Assembly (NCBI GenBank): GCA_020137815.1
Contig: CM035357.1
Location: 4,960,001 to 5,024,000 of the forward strand
Direction: 5' to 3'
DNA length: 64,000 nucleotides
From: Hormiphora californensis
Taxonomy: Eukaryota > Animalia > Ctenophora
Within the stretch, counting starts at the first letter, position 1; every line of letters starts with the position of its first letter. Below the pieces are notes generated by a model. The model was not told the DNA's origin. It saw only the letters and a program-made list of their open reading frames with translations, and did not search any database. Shown piece after piece: positions 1 to 12,945 of the stretch. Made by a program: the position numbers and the translations under genes.

Positions 1-393
1 ATTTGTAAAAAAGGGGGTTGACCTAGGCAGGACTAGGCAAGACTAGTGATGTGAAGAGGGAGAAAGAAACTCGTCACGATCATTTTAAACAGCGTTTCAA
101 TTGGTATAAAGCAAAACAAAGCAAAACAAACTTAACAGTATTATAATATATTTATCCACAATTAGTTAATAGTGGCGCTGACAAGCGCCCAATATTTCAG
201 CGATGAAATAGTTTGAACCTGGTAAAGAAACCCGAGAGAAAGAGAGTCAGGTGTCTCGAAAACATTTTCACTCCTTTTCATACAACAATGAGAGTGCAGA
301 GTGCTGCAGAACTATGGCATACAGTACAATTATTTGGGGGATTCGGTGAATGGGGAAACGTCCGTGGGCAGCAGAAAGGGTCCAAAAGTGGCT

Positions 394-1689
394 TTACGTG
401 TCGCGGTTGATAAGGCCTGATGATATATCTTCCATTCGCGGGTATACAACCTGAAGACAGATAGGATGAGTAATAGAAATATATTGTCGTATTTTATATT
501 TAACTCATCTACCGAACCCTCGCAGTGAGCCACACAAAAGTACTGTACCAGGAACCGACCAAAACAAGTAAAAAACCAATCAGAACTCGTTATTTAGGTC
601 ACGTGACTGGTTATCAGCCAACCAGGGACCATCATTTCATGATTCGGGCGGTTCCTTTACTGTACCTTATTCTGAGTGAGTTGATCCTGGGCCCAAAGAA
701 GGATCCTCATGATACTGTGAAGTTTAGTAGTAGTCTGTTCGTTTTGTGATTCTAGTATGGCCGCATTGAGCTCCCCCGCAACCAAGTGTTTGTGCGAGGG
801 TTTCAGGAGGTCCCCAAATGGGCTTGATTCGGGGTCAGGGAAGGCAAACAGGGCCATACATCGCTCCAGTTCGGGTAGGATTTCAGGGTGTTCTTCACCC
901 TGGGGCGCTAGCTCTCGCTGGGCAAATGTTAGGGCTTCCTCCATTTTATCTAGAGAGAGAGAGAGAGAGAGAGTATATAAGTGTAAGAGAATGTAAGTGA
1001 TTAGAAATGGATTAGAAATCGCCAAAATGCAGGATTTCAATTGATCAATGTTAAAACCTCACGCCACAGAACAGCGGGATTTTCGGTTAACACAAGGCAT
1101 TGACAGTTTCCTAAAACTTGGAAGTTGGAACAGCCAATTCAAGACGTAACGCACTTACTTTCCCTGATGAATTCAATTAATTTTTGCTGCTGTATATGAA
1201 AATACAACATGGGTTTCATGTCCAGCAGCTCGGGATCGAAATCGTTGATCATCTCCGTCACTTCGTCAACTTTCCCATCGTTAATTGCCTCTCGGATCTT
1301 AATCCTTTCTGCCATTGTATCCAGGTCAACTTTTGATTCCACCCCTGCCTCCCTCCTGGGGTGGCGGGTGTTGTAATGGGTGCTGAATATATCTATTTAC
1401 TGGTTGATGGTTCACTATTTACCAACTCAAGAAGTCTAATTCTTAACTTTTGGAGTACACTCTGAAGTCCAAAGGTCAGGAATTATAAAATGTCGAAGGA
1501 AATGTTCCCAATCCCCCTAACCCACGCTGTACGACAAAGCAACCCCAAAACTTACTTGAAGCTTTCAGCTGCGTCTCTGTATCCCTCAGTAATTAGATAA
1601 TCCATGACCAGGGAATTCATTTCTAGCCTACCGACAGGGGCTGTCTCCAACCGGCTCATCCACTCGCTCGTATCACCTTCAGTTTCCAT
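394..1689 (-). CDS. GID8: GID8/TWA1 (CTLH E3 ligase subunit; LisH-CTLH-CRA), 4 exons: 1689-1556, 1355-1159, 949-666, 451-394
   Basis: Spliced translation METEGDTSEWMSRLE..LEMNSLVMDYLITEGYRDAAESFKREAG..ERIKIREAI..LYFHIQQQKLIE..EEALTFAQRELAP..ELERCMALFAF..ELNAAIL..LLWAQ; all GT-AG junctions in frame. Confidence 0.93.
549..657. mobile_element. 109-bp hAT-like MITE (CAGGAACCGACC TIR), copy 1, in a GID8 intron
   Basis: TIRs; perfect 8-bp TSD TACTGTAC (541-548 / 658-665); two further copies in the window. Confidence 0.85.
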
Positions 1690-2393
1690 GGCTTCAAACC
1701 TACTCATTGCTTAGAGGGAAATGAGGTAGAGACTAGAGAGTTGTCAATTGTCATACAATATGGAAGCAGTTGGGGATTTAGGGGAGTTTGTGTGGCGAAA
1801 TTAGTCGATAAAAACTCAGGTATGTCACTCTCACATTATATATCTGTGTCAGATGGGTGATTGAAAGAATGTTAAAAAAGTTAAATATTGTAGATATACA
1901 CGCTTACACACATACACCGACCGATAAATCAGATTAAAGAATAATTTCTTTAAAGGACACTTACATAACGGTGGAGGGGCAACCACAAAAAACACTCATC
2001 GTAAAATATTTTTTGTTCAATTTTAAATTTTTGTACTTTTTGTTATTTTTTTGAGTTTTTATTTTTTGCTTCAATTTTTTCAGTTATAATATCATTGAGA
2101 TGTGTTTGTGATTTTTTAAACTTTTAGCTTGGCATTTTTGTATTTTTTTTTGGTTTTTACAATTTTTTTCACAGATCACGTCTTGTAACATTTCATTATT
2201 GCTATTTCTTGAACTTCGCCTGAAGTGTGTGTGTGTAAGAGAGTAAGATTATAATGCGAGAGTACGATTTACGAATTAGGAGAAGATCTAGGCAAAAAAA
2301 GTTTGCTTCTATTTTTAATTTTTTCGTTTTTTGCAGTTACCCCATACCACACACACTACTTACGAAAGCTAACATCCAAAACAACCAGGTTGT

Positions 2394-5300
2394 CTACCTA
2401 TACCAGTTATTCTGGATGTTTGCTTTCGTCGCATTGTTTATACTGGAAATATTTGTCACTTGCTTCAACATATTTTCCAGCGCAGGGTTTTTGAAAGTCG
2501 ACATCGCCGATTGCTGCTGTGTAGGGCCCCTGTTGAAGCCACCCTGCTGCTGCTGCATTGGGCCAGGTAGGGGGGCATCATTTCTACCCTGCCAATTATT
2601 ACCACGGCCCCCATTCTGATACTGATTCCCAAAACTGTTTCTGTTACCACCATTATTACCACCATTATTGTTCAAACTCCGGCGATAGTCTTGGGCAGGG
2701 GGAGGGTTGTTATTGGTTGGCCGGGACAGGGTCTGCTGTTGCTGCTGTTGTGTGGGTCGATGATTAAGAAGGGGCTGATTTGTATTGTAGTTTCCACCAC
2801 GTGATGGTGGTGTCTGACTTAGGGGAGGAGCGGAATCCCTCATAGAGTTATTCAAGCCGCGTGGTGAGGGATCTGTGAGGCTACTACGAGTTGTTCTTGG
2901 CGGGGGATCTCGAGAATTGTTGCCATGGTGATTGTTGTTGTTGGTTGCCATGGAGGAGGAATGATGTCCTGAGTGGTTGCCACGAGATGACGTCATGTGA
3001 CGTACCGGTGTACTGTTATTGTATGTGTTACGTACTGCAGGGGTGCTGTTATTATTATTGTAACCACCCCTTCCCACGGCACCACCTCCTCTAGCGCTGG
3101 CTCCACCCCTAGCGGGGTTTCCACCCCGGTTTGCACTCCTTGGGGGAGAGGCGGCACGGCCTCCTCTAGCGCTAGCGCCTCCCCGGGTACTCCTAGGGGG
3201 AGAAGGGGCTCGCCCTCCCCTAGCGCCTCCCCGAGTGCTACTTCTAGGGGGAGAAGGAGCCCGACCTCCCCTAGCGCCTCCCCTAGTGGCTACTCCTAGG
3301 GGGAGAGGCGGCTCGCCCTCCCCTAGCGCCTCCCCGAGTGCTACTTCTAGGGGGAGAAGGAGCCCGCCCTCCCCTAGCTCTCCCTGGACTGACTGTTCGG
3401 CCTGGTGCAGCAGAGGGTGATTGTATTCTGCCAAAGCTACCAAGCTCTAGTTGACCCTCGAACCTCATTCCGAATGGCAAAGCTCCTCGTCTTCCTAACA
3501 GTATCACTCTCATTGCTCCTTTTCCTTTTATCTCCTCCTCCGACGCCATTCCGAATCGGGCTCGACTTATCAGCACCAACAATAATGGTGGTCTTTTGTC
3601 GTTTGGAGTTCATTTCAGCGGCTGAGGAGGAAGAAGCGCCGCTGGAAGGGCCACTGGTAGCCTGAACCTGTGGTTGGTCTGTGGACTTCCGCTTACCAAG
3701 ACCGCCCAATGATTTTTGTAGATTCCCTATGTTGACCTCGACATTTGCGACCTTCACCTTAACCTCAACCTTCGAAGCGGGAGACTTTGCCGTAGAAGCA
3801 GCAGTAGCCTTTGTCGTAGAAGCTGCAGTGGGAGCAGGTTTTTTAGTTTCGGTAGAGGATGATGAGGTAGCCCACTCTTCTGCCATTTTCTTGATGTCAA
3901 TAGGGGTAGTGTTGGAGAGGGTTATCATCGGGAGGGGAATGTTTTCAACCTTCACACCTGAAAAGGGTATAATTGTTAGACAATAGGGCACAAACTACAT
4001 TTAAATAGGAGAAGTGGGATATAAAACAAACACTAGGTATGTGTTGCTAAAGGTTAGTTTTACCTAAAAGATAAGCTCGGATCTCCCTGACTGCTGGTGT
4101 TTCAGACTCGTACTCCTCTTTTTCAAGAGCAATACATGCATCATTTATGAGGGGCATGGTTTTACCCCACCCCTCCTTATTCATTTTCCCCGAAATGAAC
4201 TGATGCACCCTGTCGCTGTACGCAGCAGCTAAGGATTTCAGTTTGTGCACCCGTCCTATGACGTGGGCTTTCTGTTCTCGTTTCAGGTTGAGTTTCTGGT
4301 TACACAATGTACACATAAAGGTGCGGTTAGAGGAAGTTGAGAGAGGTTTGAGGGCACTGATTCCAACCATGAGATTGTTGAGTTGAGGCTGGAGTTCCGA
4401 AATTTCAGGTTTAGCACCTGGGGGAGAGGGCTGGAGTTAGTAACAGTTAACACTAATGCTCCAAAAAGGGGGATGTAAGCAATAAACCTGGGTTTACCAA
4501 ACACGCTTATGGCCATTCAGTATGTACACCTGATTGTTGCAGAATGGAAAACCAGAATGGAAAACTTACTGGTGGACGGTTTGGGGGAGGTGATCTTGAT
4601 TTTGTTTTTGGCACAGTACCATTTCTCTGCCAATTCACGGAGATCTAACTTCTCTTGCTCAGCAGTTAGAGGCACCACATCCGCCAGAGGGAAGGGCAGC
4701 TCGTCCAATTTCAAGCCAAGAATACCTGATATATAAATGGGAATTCAATTAATATATTGTCGTGATTACTGTTTAAGAGCCCAACTGGTCATTATAAATA
4801 GGAAATTGCTATTACTATTGATTCCTTCTAGTGCTGTAAAAAAGAAGAGAGCACAAAAATAGCACCCACCTGCTCGTTTCTTTTGATTTTCATTAGACTC
4901 AGCTATCCCTCTCCTTTTTCTCAATCAACCTGCACTCTTTATTCAGCAGGGCAGAGTACAGCTGAGAGTCCTTGGCTCTCAACTCCTCAAGGTAAGGGGG
5001 AACTGGATCACTGTAACTCCCCGTAACAACTTTCCTTCCGATGCAAACTGGCAGTCATGTGGGTCTTCGAAAAAGACAACCGTTTGGTAAGGGGAATGTC
5101 GCACAGAGTACAGTGGTACTTGTTGTTTTTCCACTCAATATACTTCACACCAGTCAGCAGGAGGGAATATTCTGCTTTCTTGGCGTTAGGTCTCGCTACC
5201 GTGGGTGTCACTACTGTCTCCGGTTTCGTTGATCTCTGATATCACAGGAAGGAGCTGTCCTGTCCTCTTCCTCGAACAACACAATACCGTCTGGGATATC

Positions 5301-6279
5301 AGGTTCAATTGAAGGGAAATCTTGGGATGAGGCAACTGACATGAGAGCAGGGGGTTCTGGTGATAGAGTTTTAGAGAGCAGTTCTTCTTCTTCAGCGGCT
5401 GGCACCACGATGTCTTTTTTAGCTGCTGCCTTCTTCTTTTTCGCTCCAACCGTTATTTTCTTCTTGGCGGTTACGACTGCTGCTTTCGGTTTGATAGGCA
5501 CCATCGGGGCGAGAATCTCAACTTCAGGTTTTATAATGTTTCTGAAAATCTCCTTCTTAGACTGACAGAGTCAAGAGGAATCGCAGTACATCCGGATCTT
5601 CTTTCTCTTTCTCAAACACCTCTTGAGCTTTCTCCCTCAGTCTTTTTCTCAACTCTCGGCTGCTTCCCTTAGCCTCGAGCTGTTTTAACTCAAATGCCGA
5701 GACAACATCATGAGACTTGATTGACTGAATGATGTGTCCACTGGTAGATGCGTGTAAGTCTATACCATGGTTAAAAGTTTCAAGACAATGTCCACACAAC
5801 CAGGAATTAGATGGTGCGTAATATTCAATCTTGGCAAGGCCAATACATCCCTGCTTTGTTAACCGTTCCTGGGTGGACCCTGGTTTGAGACTGACCAAGT
5901 TTTTGTGATCGAAAACCTCCTTGACCGGCTCCTGGGTGACTGGAGTACATTCCAACACGGCATCACGGTACAAAACATGATCAGAGGTTTCACAGTGAGC
6001 GTCCCATTTATCAACTTGAGTAAAACAGAAACTACAAAATTCGTCCCCTGATTTCAAATCTGATATCCGTTTATTCACCTAGGTAGGGAGATTGTTTAAT
6101 TATGTCATACACATCTTCGAAATTATCATTAGAAAGTACTATATATTAAAGCTAATATTATAGATTTTACCTGTGTTGCATGATCGTCTGATGCGAGATG
6201 GTGGCTAAACTCCACACCGGTATCGAAGGTATCCTGGCAAACATTGCAGTAATGCTCTTCTGGGCCGGCTTCGGCCATC
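2394..6279 (-). CDS. Multi C2H2 (matrin/U1-like spacing) zinc-finger protein with RGG repeats and N/Q-rich tail; several apparent frameshifts
   Basis: ATG 6279 MAEAGPEEHYCNVC..HLASDDH; further CxxC..H-x5-H fingers in ORFs 5557-6078, 5008-5211 and 4047-4370; RGGARGGRAPSPPRS repeats; GT-AG introns. Confidence 0.72.
3085..3380 (-). repeat. Coding tandem repeat (about 50-60 bp) encoding RGG/SPPRS units
   Basis: Repeated ctccccTAGCGCCTCCCC and agggggagaagg units. Confidence 0.8.
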
Positions 6280-7191
6280 AAACTGTAACTAAAGAAAGAT
6301 ACTGTTTTAGTGTAACTTAATCAAAAGGGAACAAAAAAGGAAAGGTGAGAAGTTTATCAGATTCAGGGTTTTTGCCTTGATCGACCATCTCTCACCGGCC
6401 CCGGTACAGACTACAGATTTGTATCGCGAAAGGGTGGGGTAACAAGGTTATCTAGGGTGTGGGCGATTAGAGGTTAGCATACACTTCAGCCCCCTTCACA
6501 ATTTGATACACTCTTCATTAGCTACAGCGGCTGAGTGGTTTGCTTGTTTCGTTTCAATTTTAAGTGCATTTTTAAGCAAAAAACCGAGACCGGGGTCTCA
6601 GGTATCAAAACGCACACCATGGTTGGTCACAGAGTGAGCCTAGAAAGTGGTACAACCCACTGAGATGCACTGATGATCGACTGAACTTAGCGCTGCGGCG
6701 TAAAATTTCCCCTTGACTTTTTCGTTTGCCGAAAACCAAAACGGACAAGCGACGGAGATAAGAGTGATCCACGAGTCGGTGCGCGGCTCTTATGCAACGC
6801 GCGTTAAGCAGTGCAGTACAAACATAATTTTATCGCGCCTGTGCGTTATTTCACAGCATCAGCATGGTCAGTTTGAAGCTGGGCTTCAGTTGAGAAGACC
6901 GAAATCAATCACCTGTCATTGGACCTTGGGCCCGCCTCTAACAGCACGTCACAAGTAAAACCATGAAAAACACGATTGATTTTGGAAGGGGAGTAAATCG
7001 GATTAAAATTCTTGCACATATTTTCAAAAAAAGAGTGATCTCTTCCTCTTATGAATACCAGAAAAAACATCACATGTAATTTCTACACTACACATGATAT
7101 CGTCCACTCACACACACACATGTTTAATTGTAAAAGACATAATCCTTGTCACACCCCCTCACAACATGACGATACAAATGAAAAAGGGAAA

Positions 7192-10100
7192 TCAACCCTG
7201 CTTGTCCCTCATGGTTTTTCGCTTTCCGGTGACCGCCTGGAATCCGCTCTTGATGGATTGGACAGCGCATCGGGAGTTGCACGCTTCGCATTGCAGGAAG
7301 TGCAGTCGACCATCTTTTTGGAGGAGTGTGTCAGCCGATCTACACGTGTGGCACGTAACGTACTCGCCTGAAGGAGTGTAATTAGGTTGTGAATTTAATT
7401 AGTGTCATTAGTGGAATTTGTTATGTTCTAACCCTCCCTTTACATTTGTAAAGGTAGGTGTTTCGGGTGCGGGGCGCCCGAAACACAGTCTAGCCAGGCA
7501 ATAGTGGAGTATGGTCATTTAGTTCGTAAAATCAAGGAAGATATTCTGACCCTTGTGGTTACTTACTTAAAACCGTCAGGAATTAGTGCTAAAAATCTTC
7601 ACTTACGAATGTAACGTTTTAGGACACCCTCGATATTTTTCTGCTGGAATCTCCCCTTGATAAGCAACTGGTTATACCCGTCCACTGAGCCACTTGTTCC
7701 CAACTCAGCCATAAGGAAGTCCTGAACGTGACGGGGCGTCCTGTGCAGCCTAGGAGAATGGGTGGTTAGCTCAGATATGGTTCGGATTTAGTGTGACGGG
7801 ACGGAGAAATCGGAGCACTAGGAACAGAATAAATCCCCGAGAGAGCAGGTCTGTATTATGGTGAATATTGCACCACATGATTCATATGGTGTAATACTCA
7901 CCGAATTATTCATCACATTATGATTCGTTCGAGGGAATTTCTCAGAGAATTTGAGCGATCAAATGACAGTCGGGCTTCAATTCCGGGTGGGGACAACATA
8001 TGAGAGTACGTGTTGCAACATATCGCGCGCGAACTACCTTAACTTTTCACACAACTAGGTTACCGCGCGTTACGGTATCGAATTGGCGATGTCCAATATT
8101 GGCCACAACCGGTCTTAGGACACACAGCCTCACGGTTAACGATCATCAATGATGATATAAAGTCCTTTTTTTTTCAACTGTTCACCCCCAACACGCATGT
8201 AGGGGACGCGGGGGCCACGTAGGCTATGGCCCCCGCAACTTTTTCGGTTGCCCATACAAAATTGGATGTTTGGATCCCCAATCATTGAATTTCACTACCT
8301 TACACTGGTTTTCGCTAGGCTTCTCGCCTATCTTGCGAGCATGGGAACGGCTTCGGTTATCGGGGTAGACCTTTTCTATCCTCCCTAATATCGTATATCT
8401 TGCTCTCTCTCTTCCTGGCAATCTTTGCTAACACCCAAACTATTCTTGATTTCTACCACTCTCGTCTCACTGATGACCCTCTTATCTCACCGATAAATGT
8501 CTCTCTCCCACCCTTTCTCTCCCACTCCGGCCTTACTCTGTCAGGCCAATGCTCTGACCACAGTTCTCGCACGCTCTTGAAGAAATGAGAGTAGGGTCAG
8601 GCCAATGCTCTGACAGGCCTTACTGGAAGATTGGGTCTGTGGAACGTTAGTAAGTAAACCAAAAAGTCGCCGTCTTCGACTTTCGTCAATAACGACTCGT
8701 TCTTGACGAAAATGGCGACTTTTTGGTATAAAAATCAAAATTTTTTTCCCGGGCTCAGCTGTCGCTTCGCCCAATCTATAAGAGTTTCCAATAAAAAACT
8801 CGGGGTATGTCATATCACGTGACTGGTCAGTGCAGTCACGTGACTAAAAAATTTTGGCCAAAAAAATGGCCCCCACAACTTCAAAACCTCCCCTACATGC
8901 ATGACCCCCAAAGTCGTGCGCGGAATTGTTTTGCGCGTTTATCACATGTTAACGTGTAGCGCGCGCAGCGTAAATTAAAATATCACACGCGCACGAGTTG
9001 AGGGGTGAACAGTTGAATAAAAATGGACTTTATCATTGAAGTCCGAAGAGGGAACTTACATTTTGCAGATCTCCAGGAAGTTAGCGAAGGAAGTTTTCTT
9101 AGCACCATGTCGAACAACTTGGGGTGGTCTCATCACATACTTCTTCTTCTCTCCACACTGCATCTCAGGGTTCTTTTCCCTCATTTTATCCATCGCACGT
9201 TTCAGCAGCTGGAGATGGGGGTTTGGTATTAGTTGGAGGAGGGTGGATTGGGTTTATTTGGGAGAGATGGAGTGGGCTTAGTCAGGGGGGATGAAGTTGG
9301 GAGTAGCTTTGAATTAATCATTATATTACTACCTAACTAAATCCTTGTCACACACTGACTGTACATCGCGCAACCTACGCGGCCTCACGTAGCTGCACCG
9401 GGCCTTCGGCCCGGTGCGAAGAGGAGGGTCTCATATCCTCCTCATAAGTATAGTATATATAGTAAGGAGTGGACTTAGTCAGGGGAGATGGAGTGGACTT
9501 AGTCAGGGGAGATGGAGTGGACTTAGTCAGGGGAGATGGAGTGGACTTAGTCAGGGGAGATGGAGTGGACTTAGTCAGGGGAGTTGGAGTGGGTTAGGGA
9601 GATGGTGTGGACTTAGTAGGGAGTAGCTCTAAAATCTAGCTAACTACCGCGATATCAACAGTATTATTCATAGTGAAACTATTAATGAACTAACTAATTA
9701 AGTAACTAAACTATTAATTAACTATCTAAATCCCTACCTCCTCATAAGTATAATCCCTCTCAGATGTTTCCCAGCTGTTAACCGCAGAGAGATCAACACC
9801 CTCGTCGTGCATGGCCCCATCCATCTCTGCTTCGGCATCATCCAGGATGACCACCTCCTTCTTCTTCCTCTTCTTCTTCTTCATTACAGTTGGGTCGAAC
9901 TCGTCCAGTGTAATAGCCACATCGTTATTGTCAACAGGGGGCTGCGGGGAATAATGGTGTTAGAAACAGGTGGATTGGGTGTTTGCCCCTAAAAAGTCCA
10001 AATTCAGTGAAGGTCGAAATGATATATACCACTATTCCAATGAACAATTATTAGAGCTATACTATATTATGTGGAGATAAGATGAGTGAGACAGAACCAT

Positions 10101-10665
10101 TTGTTAGAACGGGTTAGAAAATGATGATGTTAGAACATGGTATTAGTTACCTGATCGCTGTTCAGATTGAGATTCTCAACTTCCTTCTTCACTTCCTCCA
10201 CGCCATTCTTCTGAAACACATTTAACAAATCAGAACATGTATATATATTTGTAAACAGATTAAATGTTTTCTCATAGTCGCAAGTCTGTTATCTTCTCCG
10301 TTTTGCAGACAAGGTGATATCACAGAATTTAATCTGAGTTTTTCACCCCCTCTACCAATGAGTTTATTGTAAAACTGACGTTTTCATCAAGAATGTCGAC
10401 CGGTGCGGCCTTCTTCTTTTTCTTCTTCTTGAGGGTGGGGTCGAACTCCGCCTGAGAGGGGACAAGGCGTTACATTTACTTTGTCATACTGAGATACTGC
10501 ATACTGAGATAGGGAAATGATATCACGATTCACAGGGGGGAGTTACATTTACTGATAAATCAGTACTCAGTAGAACCAATACGAAAATATGCAATTATTG
10601 ACTAAGTGGCCACATGATTCACCACCACCCAGACATGTTTTACTTACGAATGAGTCTTCCGTCAT
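7192..10665 (-). CDS. EIF2S2: Translation initiation factor eIF2 beta, 7 coding exons (approx. 10665-10648, 10451-10380, 10210-10151, 9941-9738, 9208-9060, 7749-7607, 7367-7192)
   Basis: [81 protein letters not shown]. Confidence 0.95.
7418..7502. repeat. Short interspersed intronic repeat (also 22774-22849, partial 24431-24452)
   Basis: ttgttatgttctaaccctccctttacatttgtaaagg..cggggcgcccgaaacacag.ctagccaggcaat recurs. Confidence 0.75.
8160..9030. mobile_element. Non-autonomous TIR element (AAGTCC...GGACTT ends, TA flanks) in an eIF2-beta intron
   Basis: About 30-bp TIR aagtcc.ttttt.ttcaactgttcacccc; TA on both sides. Confidence 0.75.
8538..8616. mobile_element. 79-bp MITE (CTGTCAG...CTGACAG) nested in the previous element; relatives at 38794-43005 (split) and about 45768-45854
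   Basis: 8-bp TSD GCCTTACT on both sides. Confidence 0.8.
9341..9463. mobile_element. Possible Helitron/Helentron-type end fragment with GC hairpins
   Basis: gcaccgggccTTCGgcccggtgc hairpin followed by an AT-rich tail; splits a 24-bp tandem array. Confidence 0.3.
9465..9625. repeat. 24-bp minisatellite (gagtggacttagtcaggggagatg)
   Basis: About 6 copies visible; one degenerate copy at 9260-9300. Confidence 0.9.
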
Positions 10666-11837
10666 GGTACTTCCTACTAAAAAGTGTTACAGAGTGAGAT
10701 GTCTAACAATAACAATCGGTTACAGTAATGGTTATTGAGGATTTGGTTTAGGCCCAGTAAAGTGTAAACCGAGAATTTATTAAATTAATTTAATCTGCTT
10801 AATCGTTATTTTCTTTATACTCGAGAATGTATATTGAGGCCCGGTAAATTAATATTAGACTGTCAGACTGTAAAACATCTATGCAAAGAAGGATGACATC
10901 ACGATGAGTCATGAGTTACACATCAGATCAAGCAATTATTCAAATGCAAAGTCTAAAGGATTTGTTTTGTTCAAAGAAATAAAGCCTTGAAAATCTTCAT
11001 CTCTGTAGTTTCAAACTTTTTAACACTAAATTTAAAATATTAAATTGAGCATTTAAAATGCTTTTAAAAAATATTCGTTTTCTTTTGTTGTTGGATTAAC
11101 GGTGGCGGGCGGCTGATTAAAATATATACCACTCTACAAACATACCACTCTACCAATTTAATACTAACGACAAATAGCGAGGAAGTTTAGTTTTCTACTT
11201 CCGGCTGTACGAAATGAGTAGACGGGTTTTATTGTAGAACACGAAGACTCCTGACCCCTCTAGTGGCTGTTAACAACTCGCACACTCGTGGTTCAGAGTT
11301 TTATCGGGCATTTAACAAAGCGAACAACTTCACTTGATAAATTCTCGAGTCGTCTATGCCCTGATAAAACACTGAACCACGCGAGTTCACCATATGGGTC
11401 CCGGATCACTCCCTTCACATGTCTCCAACGCGGATAATGCCGTCAGCCCTAGTCCCTACTCCCTACACATCTGATGACTGATTCAGAGCGCTCTTCAAGG
11501 CAGGGACGGCGCTGGGCCTTCGGCCCAGCAAGTCCCTGGGGCCTGGGTGTCAGGGGCGGCAGCCTCGGTCAGGGGTGGAACCCCCCACAAGCAGGGTCCA
11601 GAGGCGTAGCCCCGACGGGGACGTAGGGGTCAGAGCCCCCGGAGGCAGGGTCCAGACTCCAGGGCCTGCAAGCCCCGGTAGGGGTTGAGGTGGCGAAACG
11701 CCCCGAAAATTTCAGGCATTTTTAAACGATTTTAAGCATTTCTGAACAGTCAAGGAGTCAAAAACGGGAAAAATCTTGGCATACGTTGCAGGCCCCTTAT
11801 AATATAATATAAGGGGCCTGGAGGGAATACCGCGCTA

Positions 11838-12059
11838 AAGTCGGATTTTTTGAAACTGTCACCCCCCTAGGTATTTTCAAACTTCGTAAATGGTCATAAA
11901 ACCGGTTCCTGACGAGATAGAGACTTGAAATTTGGAGGTTACGAAGATCTTGCTAAGTTCTTCCTAACCTCCAAATTTCAAGTCTCTATCTTATCAGGAA
12001 CCGGAGATATGGCAAATTTTGTTATTTCAGGGGGGTGACAGTTTCAAAAAATCCGACTT
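11838..12059. mobile_element. Foldback MITE AAGTCGGATTTTTTGAAACTGTCACCCCC, TA TSD; relative at 38285-38505
   Basis: Long TIRs; empty site cgcgcTAggg at 13028-13029. Confidence 0.85.
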
Positions 12060-12561
12060 TAGGGGGGAATACATAATCAATCATATCTCCGGTTCCAGAT
12101 AAGGTACAGAAATCGTTTTGTTAGCGTTGGAAAGAGGAAGATAACAGCTTTCAAATGCAACCGGTTTCAGGTCTCTATCTTATCAGGAACAGGAGATATG
12201 AACCAAACTCCGCAAAATCGAGTGCGGTAAAATCAAAATTTGAATGAAATTTTAAAAAAGGTGTCCCTGCAAGAATCTGTGACGTCACTTTTTGAAAACA
12301 ACCCATCTTTCAACGGCTATTGCTCAGCCTCCTTAAGTCCAATTAACTTCTCTCAAAAACAGCAAGGTAGATAATCGTCAGATCTAACAACTGGTGAAAG
12401 AATCAAGTCAAACGGACTTCAGGAGCCAAAGTTATAAGCACCGCCGTTTTTTCGACCGCAAAGTTATCTTCGACCCAGCCGGGATCAGGCCAAACGCGCG
12501 CGCGGCATTCCCTCCAGTCCCCTCGTTGCGGGGGTGCGCGCATGAGGGGGCTGCAGCGCAT

Positions 12562-12945
12562 AAGGAACCATAATAAAGTTCAAGAGCGCACCCCATCCAA
12601 GAGCGCACCACCTCCAAAAGACACCACTCCAAGAGCGCACCACATCAAAGAGAGCTCCCCATCCAGAAGATACCGCGCGCAGGGGACACCACGCGCAGAA
12701 GAGACCGCACGCGCAAATACAACGCCGCGCTGGTCTCTTCTGCGCGTGGTGTCCCCTGCGCGTGGTATCTTCTGGATGGGGAGCTCTCTTTGATGTGGTG
12801 CGCTCTTGAAGTGGTGTCTTCTGGAGGTGGTGCGCTCTTGGATGTGGTCTCTTTTGGGTGTGGTGCGCTCTCAGGTGTGGTCTCTCTTCGATCGGGTACG
12901 CTCTTGGGTGCTCTTGGAGGCTCTTGAACTTTATTATGGTTCCTT
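12562..12945. mobile_element. Foldback element AAGGAACCATAATAAAGTTCAAGAGC with AT target; second copy at 43053-43442
   Basis: Near-palindromic; AT on both flanks; empty site gcagcgcATtcc at 13528-13529. Confidence 0.85.
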
